A stretch of DNA of 32,000 nucleotides from Candidatus Heimdallarchaeota archaeon. GTDB taxonomy: Archaea; Asgardarchaeota; Heimdallarchaeia; Heimdallarchaeales; Heimdallarchaeaceae. Where the stretch lies: the NCBI GenBank assembly GCA_030668875.1, contig DAOVER010000020.1, positions 26,530-58,529 on the forward strand. The letters are read 5' to 3'. Of this stretch, positions 26,314-32,000 are shown one piece after another. The notes under the pieces were generated by a model, which searched no databases, was not told the DNA's origin, and saw only the letters and a list, made by a program, of their open reading frames with translations. The position numbers and the translations under genes were made by a program. Position 1 is the first letter of the stretch. Every line of letters begins with the position of its first letter.

Positions 26314-26547
26314 CTACAGTTTTTCTTGCAATTCTTGTAGTTTCTTCTGCTCTAAAACAAGTTGTCGAATATCAATTGCATCATTCTCAGCTTCCTCGAA
26401 AGTACCATTACGAGCTTTATCTATGAATTGATCTATAGAAGTTTCATTCCATTTATCTAGAATTTTCTGAATTTCTTTATGGAGATTTCTCAATTTATAG
26501 TTGATCAAATCTTCAACTTCAGATTTCTCAAGCTTAACAGTTGTCAT
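26314..26547 (-). CDS. Small helical hypothetical protein sharing its promoter and first codons with mntA
   Basis: MTTVKLEKSEVEDLINYKLRNLHKEIQKILDKW...; ATG 26547 preferred (ORF track 26556). Confidence 0.75.
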   Translation of the reverse strand: MTTVKLEKSEVEDLINYKLRNLHKEIQKILDKWNETSIDQFIDKARNGTFEEAENDAIDIRQLVLEQKKLQELQEKL

Positions 26548-26693
26548 TCTTCTCACTCTCTACATCGCATTTTGATATAAAAAGACTTTCGAATATTTAG
26601 ACATTCTAGTAGAGCTTGAGAATTGCAGTATCCTTTTCCTCCTTCACAAGTGTTTTACTGCACAAATAAACAGTAAAAGAAAGAATATAATAT
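26540..26693. repeat. Duplicated promoter/leader segment Y1
   Basis: About 154 bp, roughly 90% identical to 27442-27594; includes TATA-like TTTTTATATC (minus strand), GAGAGTGAG RBS and ATG-ACA-AC start codons. Confidence 0.92.
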
Positions 26694-26772
26694 TCCTTTT
26701 TATTTTCTCTTTCTTTTTAAAATTCTAAAACAAAAAGAAGTTACTATCTTGATTGATATTTTGAAAAAGTTT

Positions 26773-27135
26773 TTACTCCTGCTGATTTTCATCCATTCCC
26801 CTAATAATTTGTGTTATTATTGGCTTTAACTTCGGGATGTCTTCTTCTATGGTTTCCCATACAACCTCTAGATTAACTCCGAAATATACATGAATTAATT
26901 TATCTCTCAATCCAGCCATCTCTTTCCAAGGTAGTTCATGATGTTTTTCTTTTATCTTCTTAGGTATTGCTTTTGCTGCTTCTCCAATAATTTCAAGTGC
27001 TCTAATAACTGCGAATGAAGTTTTATCGTCAGTTTCAAATTGACTATAATTCATCCCTGTTGTGAACTGTTCAATCTTTTTAATAGATTCTAGTATATCA
27101 TTAAAAAAATCAAAATATTGACGTTTGGGGTTCAT
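26773..27135 (-). CDS. hepT: HEPN/DUF86 (HepT-like) RNase toxin
   Basis: AVIRALEIIGEAAK...PWKEMAGLRDKLIHVYF (RX4HXY catalytic motif). Confidence 0.92.
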   Translation of the reverse strand: MNPKRQYFDFFNDILESIKKIEQFTTGMNYSQFETDDKTSFAVIRALEIIGEAAKAIPKKIKEKHHELPWKEMAGLRDKLIHVYFGVNLEVVWETIEEDIPKLKPIITQIIRGMDENQQE

Positions 27136-27449
27136 ACTTCCACAACCTCCTCAAGAATTTGTTTTCCTATAGTGGGTTTTAGGGCTTCTTTCATAACTAA
27201 ATCTACTTTGACTTGTAATAATTCACTTAGATAGTTTTCTAAACGAATATATTGAAACAGGCTTGGAGTTTTATAGAAAGCGACCAACACATCAAGATCA
27301 CTGTTATCTTTTTGCTCATTTCTGATGTATGAACCAAAAATACCCAGATATTTGACTTTGTACAAATCAGTTATTTCCTGAAAATGATCCTTCAAAATCT
27401 TCAGGAAGAAAGATGCTTCCTCATTTTCTGTTGACTTAATGGTTGTCAT
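27132..27449 (-). CDS. mntA: Minimal nucleotidyltransferase (MNT) antitoxin
   Basis: GIFGSYIRNEQKDNSDLDVLV and VDLV motifs; 4-nt overlap with the HEPN gene. ATG 27449 preferred. Confidence 0.92.
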   Translation of the reverse strand: MTTIKSTENEEASFFLKILKDHFQEITDLYKVKYLGIFGSYIRNEQKDNSDLDVLVAFYKTPSLFQYIRLENYLSELLQVKVDLVMKEALKPTIGKQILEEVVEV

Positions 27450-27594
27450 TCTTCTCACTCTCTACATAGCTTTTTGATATAAAAAGACTTTCGAATATTT
27501 AGACATTCTAGTACAGCTTAAGAATTACAGTATTCTTTTCCTCCTTCTCAAGTGTTTTACTACAAAATAAACAATAAAAGAAAGGATAAAATAT
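27442..27594. repeat. Duplicated promoter/leader segment Y2
   Basis: Copy of 26540-26693 in front of mntA. Confidence 0.92.
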
Positions 27595-27613
27595 CTGTTA
27601 GTTTTATTCTTGT
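27580..27613. repeat. Direct repeat X2 (right boundary of TA cassette)
   Basis: GAAAGGATAAAATATCTGTTAGTTTTATTCTTGT, matching 26214-26248. Confidence 0.8.
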
Positions 27614-27638
27614 TTGAGATATTTCTTCAGATGTTCGA

Positions 27639-28121
27639 TTAGAATAAGCATGTCACTTTCTGGTTTCCCGTCATCTTACTCTCTGTAGCTTCTTTTTTTC
27701 CTACCATTTGTTTTGTGAAATCTACTAGTTTCCTCTTTTCTTCCGTGTAGATATTGTAAAATAATTCTGCTCTCTCCACCCACTTTGAGAGTTCATCTTC
27801 AGATCTCTTTTCTTTTGATATTAACAGAAACAAGACTTGATATGGGATGATGTTACTATTTGTTAAGCTATTCTTTCCCAACTTCCACGCTAGTTCATAA
27901 TTCTTCAATGCTTCTACTTTTTGATCCTTAATTGTATGCAGATTTGCTAAATAAAAATAAGCTTGAGGTTCTTCGGGATAGAGCTCTTTTATCTCCTTAA
28001 ATATTTTAATTGCTGGGTCAATCTGATATTCAGTTATCGTACTGACTCCCGCTTCTAATAGTGTGCTAAATTGTTTTTCTTCCTCCCCCATATTTTCCTC
28101 TTCAAACTTAATCCATGGCAT
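27639..28121 (-). CDS. TPR-repeat protein
   Basis: AIKIFKEIKELYPEEPQAYFYLANLHTIKDQKVEALKNYELAWKL is a TPR consensus. Confidence 0.75.
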   Translation of the reverse strand: MPWIKFEEENMGEEEKQFSTLLEAGVSTITEYQIDPAIKIFKEIKELYPEEPQAYFYLANLHTIKDQKVEALKNYELAWKLGKNSLTNSNIIPYQVLFLLISKEKRSEDELSKWVERAELFYNIYTEEKRKLVDFTKQMVGKKEATESKMTGNQKVTCLF

Positions 28122-28305
28122 TTACTTTCAGTTATCTCTCTTAACTATAATATAAAAACTCCACAAAAGGAAGCTTGAGATTTCAAAGGATATTTATTGA
28201 ATTTCAAACAGAAAAATGAGCCTATCTTCAATTCTAGTTACAATAATTAGTCAGATCCTATCTTTCTTCTGAAAAAATTAATAAAATGAAGAAAAACTTA
28301 GTTTC

Positions 28306-28965
28306 CTAATTAGTTTGTTTTTCTCCACAATTAACACAGAAATTTTTCTCTCCAATTAGCTTTGCACCACAATGAATGCAAAAACTATTTCCTTGTTGAT
28401 TTGGTTTAGCAACAGGAATATCGGCAGGAATTTGTTGTTGTGTATTGATGTGCCCAGTGTGAATATTAGTGCCTTGATTAGTTACAGGTTGATATCCAAC
28501 AGCTGGTCGATGTACTGTTGCAAATGAGCTGAAATCTTCCACATTTTTCAAAGTTGTAAAAACTCCTAGAACAGTGAATAGAGTTAGAAGAATATCACAT
28601 ACAAGAGTTGTCCAATAGAAGGCTGTCAAGTAATATCCAGTTGATGTAGCAACGATCGCATATATTATATCAGCAACTATTGTTGATGAAGCAAAAACAA
28701 TAAACAATGTCTTAGCTAATTGTACAGGATTTTTCGAATTTGATTTTGTAGCGATTGTAGGCACAAAAAGATAGCAGACTAAAGCAGCTACAACTAAAAT
28801 GTCCATTAGTCCAGTTAAGATTTCCCCAGATGCAAGAACTATTAGCATATCAAAAACATCAATGAAGCCTGCTATAATCCAGAAAACTATTGCAACAATT
28901 CCCAGAGGATGTTTTTTGAAGATGTGTATTGCAGTAATTCTTTGTGTAGGTTGATTTGATTGCAT
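28306..28965 (-). CDS. 4-TM membrane protein with Q/P/N-rich linker and C-terminal zinc ribbon
   Basis: Four hydrophobic helices; FCIHCGAKL...FCVNCG. Confidence 0.85.
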   Translation of the reverse strand: MQSNQPTQRITAIHIFKKHPLGIVAIVFWIIAGFIDVFDMLIVLASGEILTGLMDILVVAALVCYLFVPTIATKSNSKNPVQLAKTLFIVFASSTIVADIIYAIVATSTGYYLTAFYWTTLVCDILLTLFTVLGVFTTLKNVEDFSSFATVHRPAVGYQPVTNQGTNIHTGHINTQQQIPADIPVAKPNQQGNSFCIHCGAKLIGEKNFCVNCGEKQTN

Positions 28966-29281
28966 TATAACCTCTTAACAAAAAACATAAGCTAATTTAA
29001 AGTTTGTGAATTAAATATGAACTTTCTTATATTACTATGTCAAAATGTTAATCTATCAACGACATATTTTCTTTGTTTGTATTGTTCTATTGTCTCGTTA
29101 GATGCTCAAGCTCTGTTTGGCAAAATAGTAAGTTTGCTTAATTAGAATGGATTTTACACCAATAGTTTCAGTTCACAAAAAAGTTATAAAATTAGTTTCT
29201 CTTTCTTATCCATTTGTACCCAGAAAAAGTAATGAAGCTAACTTGACAGAATAATTAATAAAGCAGAGGTTTTACAAGTGT

Positions 29282-29620
29282 TTGAATACTATGGTTGACA
29301 AGTGCGTCGTTTGTGGTAAACCAGAAGTTAATACACACTGGAGCACCAAGCAGACATTCTTTTGCTCATTCAAATGCTATGCTATGAAATCCGCCAAATT
29401 ACTTTTACTTTTATCGTTTATTTTTTCTGTTATATTTGTTGGTTTTGGAACATGTTTAGTCATCTTAGATGCAAAATTAGTCCTTCTAATCCCTTTTATT
29501 ACCGCTGAAGTTTTAGTGCCTTTACCAAGTTTTGTAATTTCGATAATTGGCTTTAATTTAAATAGAAAAGCTAGAAAAGAAAAAGCTAGTTTTGAAGTTT
29601 CTGATAAACTGAAAGAATAA
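29282..29620 (+). CDS. Small membrane protein with N-terminal CxxC...CxxxC zinc finger
   Basis: KCVVCGKP...FFCSFKC followed by two TM helices. Confidence 0.7.
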   Translation: MNTMVDKCVVCGKPEVNTHWSTKQTFFCSFKCYAMKSAKLLLLLSFIFSVIFVGFGTCLVILDAKLVLLIPFITAEVLVPLPSFVISIIGFNLNRKARKEKASFEVSDKLKE

Positions 29621-29888
29621 TATTAAACACAAGATTTTTTGCATTTTTTTGCAGTGTATATTTGCACATTTGATAATTTTCGGGTTTAAATAGTGTTTTG
29701 AAGATATACTTCTGAAGCTAGCTTATTTATCAGGAACGATCCCCTTCGTAATATCTACCTGAAACCTATTTTCCATAGAGCTAGCTTCCCCTTCTTCCTT
29801 TTTTTCTTTAGTTTTTTAATTGAAACACTTTAAATAATCTCATAGCTTCCTCAAATATAGAAGTGTTCAATCATTTAGTAATGGGGTA

Positions 29889-30176
29889 ATGGTCTTGAAA
29901 CTAGAAAAAAGAAAGCCTAGATATATTAATGAAGATGGGTACGAGGTCTATCAAAACGAAGATGGCAAGGATTACATCATCGTTACTTATGATGAGTTCG
30001 AACTTCAATCTAAAGGGTCTGAAGCTAAATCTGGTGATGAGTGGAAAAAACATTATACAGAATGGAAAGATAACTATCCTGAAAACCAACAAGGAAGTTA
30101 TGAGTACATACGCATCTGTCAACTATTTGAAAAGTTCATCACAAAAGCAGAAGCAAAAGAGAAGAATGCTCTGTAG
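29889..30176 (+). CDS. Hypothetical acidic protein
   Basis: 95-aa ORF with GGGGT RBS and natural composition; ends 1 nt from the convergent MoaD-like stop. Confidence 0.55.
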   Translation: MVLKLEKRKPRYINEDGYEVYQNEDGKDYIIVTYDEFELQSKGSEAKSGDEWKKHYTEWKDNYPENQQGSYEYIRICQLFEKFITKAEAKEKNAL

Positions 30177-30177
30177 T

Positions 30178-30459
30178 TCATCCTCCAGCGATGAAAGGAA
30201 TTATAGCTATCGTTTGACCATCTTGTAGAATATAGTCTTCAAAATCTTCGTTTTTAACATGTTTCTTATCAACTTGTATAGAATAGAAACTACGTAATTT
30301 TCCTTCATTATAAAGTAACTTCTCCATTACATCATCATACATCTTTGCAAACTCATCTAGTGCTTTTGGAATGGTTGCTTGATCACTAGTTATTACCTCT
30401 ACCATCCTCTCTTTAGTCAGGGTACGGATTTGGCCAAAACAGTGAATGAAGATAATCAT
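30178..30459 (-). CDS. MoaD/ThiS/SAMP ubiquitin-like sulfur carrier
   Basis: Beta-grasp pattern (IHCFGQIR...LQDGQTIAIIPFIAGG) with C-terminal GG. Confidence 0.9.
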   Translation of the reverse strand: MIIFIHCFGQIRTLTKERMVEVITSDQATIPKALDEFAKMYDDVMEKLLYNEGKLRSFYSIQVDKKHVKNEDFEDYILQDGQTIAIIPFIAGG

Positions 30460-30581
30460 TAGTTTGACAATTTTAAGAAATTATTTAAGTGCTACTTTTT
30501 ACCTTATTTCTATTCTGATAGTGAGATTAGCAAATAAACAATCTAGAGTTAGCCCTAACAGGTTAAAATGTGAAAGTTAAA

Positions 30582-31142
30582 TTACAACCTTTTCACAAAA
30601 TTGTCTTTAATCACAGTGGGATGCTGAGGGATATCATCCACCTTAATAGTGTCATCTTCAACCTTAAGGTGAAGGATTTTCAATCCTGGTTTATGTATAG
30701 TGTCTTTGAGCATTTCTGTGATTAGATTCTCATCGTCTCTCATATCAAAAGATTTGACAGAATCAATGCCCATCCCAATAATCATAATACTAAAGTCAAT
30801 AGCAGATGACACCGTTTCTTGACCTCCTGTTGTTGAGTAGAGTTCATTATCTAGAATGATGATTTTGAGATTATCAGGTTTAATATATGCTACAGTAGTC
30901 ATAGCGCTCAACCCCATGAGAAAATTACCATCTCCTGTGATAACTAACACAGTTCTTCTTGGTTGAGCAAGAGCTAGTCCTAATCCTATAGGAACGGGAA
31001 GACCCATGCTACCTCGAATATAAAACTGGTCACCTTGCAAGAGATGATATGCTTGCCGACTAACATTGCCATTAGAGCTGACTACTAATTCTTCTCCATC
31101 GAGAATAGTACTTAATTTGGAAATAACTTCTGCACCCTTCAT
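30582..31142 (-). CDS. comE: Sulfopyruvate (or phosphonopyruvate) decarboxylase beta subunit, TPP-binding
   Basis: GSMGL, GDGNFLM...IILDNELYSTTGGQ TPP-binding motif. Confidence 0.75.
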   Translation of the reverse strand: MKGAEVISKLSTILDGEELVVSSNGNVSRQAYHLLQGDQFYIRGSMGLPVPIGLGLALAQPRRTVLVITGDGNFLMGLSAMTTVAYIKPDNLKIIILDNELYSTTGGQETVSSAIDFSIMIIGMGIDSVKSFDMRDDENLITEMLKDTIHKPGLKILHLKVEDDTIKVDDIPQHPTVIKDNFVKRL

Positions 31143-31645
31143 TCACCTAATACCCCCTTCTTAACAAGAATACAGATAGGTTTCTTTATCTCTTCCATAA
31201 CCTCAAGGGCATTATCAAGAACATCTTTCCAGTTATGTTCTTGAATAGTCCAATAAGGAATTTGGTAAGCATCTAAAACAGGTTTCGTAACATCACCCAT
31301 AACTACATGTTCAGGAGAGTCTTTATCTGATTCAAGACCTCTATAACTCACAAAAACCAAGAGAGGGATTTGGTAGAGTTGAGCAAGGGAAGTGAGAGCA
31401 TCACCAATATTAGCTAAACCAGAATTTTGTATAATAAGAAAAGCTCTACCCCCACCAAGAAAATAACCAGAAGCAAGACCTATTGCTTCATCCTCACGAG
31501 TAGCTGGGATATAGGTGAAACGATTGTCCTTTTCAAGAGCTAATAGTAGATCTTTGAAATAGGAGCAAGGAACACCTGTGGACAAAGTAAAGCCATTATC
31601 CGTGAGATAAGAGAGAAAATTATCAGAATCAATCATGAACATCAC
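31139..31645 (-). CDS. comD: Sulfopyruvate (or phosphonopyruvate) decarboxylase alpha subunit
   Basis: GVPCS, ATREDEAIGLASG, QNSGLAN, VSYRG and PEH motifs; 4-nt overlap with the beta subunit. Confidence 0.75.
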   Translation of the reverse strand: MMFMIDSDNFLSYLTDNGFTLSTGVPCSYFKDLLLALEKDNRFTYIPATREDEAIGLASGYFLGGGRAFLIIQNSGLANIGDALTSLAQLYQIPLLVFVSYRGLESDKDSPEHVVMGDVTKPVLDAYQIPYWTIQEHNWKDVLDNALEVMEEIKKPICILVKKGVLGE

Positions 31646-31733
31646 ATAATGCTTGAAAAGCTATAAGAAGAGAAGTATAAATCCTTTGTGCGAATAAAAC
31701 AAAAAAATAGTAGAAAAAGTGTAATAATCCAAA

Positions 31734-32000
31734 TTATTTCAGATTTTCTAAAGTCAAACTTTTAAAGTAACTAGAGATATTTTCAGTAAGAATACTAAAA
31801 ACTTTATCAACGTTAAGACCTGTCTTAGCCGAGGTTTCAATGTAGGGAACGTAAAAACCAGACCATTCAGAAAGTTGGTCTGCGTACTCCTGAGCATATT
31901 CTTTAGGAACAGAATAAGGAGTGGAATCGCGTAAATCAGCTTTATTACCGATTAAGACTATAGGTACGATACGATTTTTGTTGTTGCGAATAAGTTCATG
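31734..32000 (-). CDS. Rab/Ras-like small GTPase, C-terminal part (runs off the right edge)
   Basis: Not in ORF track. Manual translation HELIRNNKNRIVPIVLIGNKADLR...YIETSAKTGLNVDKVFSIL...LK*: G4 NKAD and G5 ETSAK. Confidence 0.88.
   Translation of the reverse strand, partial: HELIRNNKNRIVPIVLIGNKADLRDSTPYSVPKEYAQEYADQLSEWSGFYVPYIETSAKTGLNVDKVFSILTENISSYFKSLTLENLK

Noticed and set aside
1-32000. CRISPR array, tRNA/rRNA, transposase or integrase
   Set aside because: No regularly spaced repeat-spacer array, cloverleaf or rRNA-like tract, or DDE/HUH/tyrosine-recombinase motif was recognised.

Overview
AT-rich archaeal chromosomal window, most likely from an Asgard archaeon (Heimdallarchaeia-like). 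This is inferred from an Arf-type and a Rab/Ras-type small GTPase, a 7-TM protein with a longin-like tail, NreA with a PIP box, tungsten-type AOR and archaeal TATA/GGTGA signals. The left part (1-14.6 kb) is mostly recognisable: tldD (partial), feoB plus a DtxR-FeoA regulator with a palindromic operator, nreA, two VOC proteins, AOR, Arf GTPase, LVIVD surface protein, membrane serine hydrolase, nucleotidyltransferase and an Ldh_2/ComC-like dehydrogenase. The middle (14.6-28 kb) looks accessory. It holds three disrupted genes, several hairpin-dense intergenic elements, a repeat-bounded MNT-HEPN toxin-antitoxin cassette with a duplicated promoter, and the most unusual locus. That locus is a small secreted precursor with a tandemly repeated 16-aa core ((R/K)DPVNGEIDQPVGQI) upstream of two ~450-aa double Lrp/AsnC-type regulators, separated by structured RNA-like spacers; it may be a peptide-signalling or regulatory system. 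The right end has comD-comE, a MoaD/SAMP-like sulfur carrier and a partial Rab-like GTPase. No tRNA, rRNA, CRISPR array, transposase or integrase was recognised. All family calls come from motif recognition by eye; no database search or folding was run.
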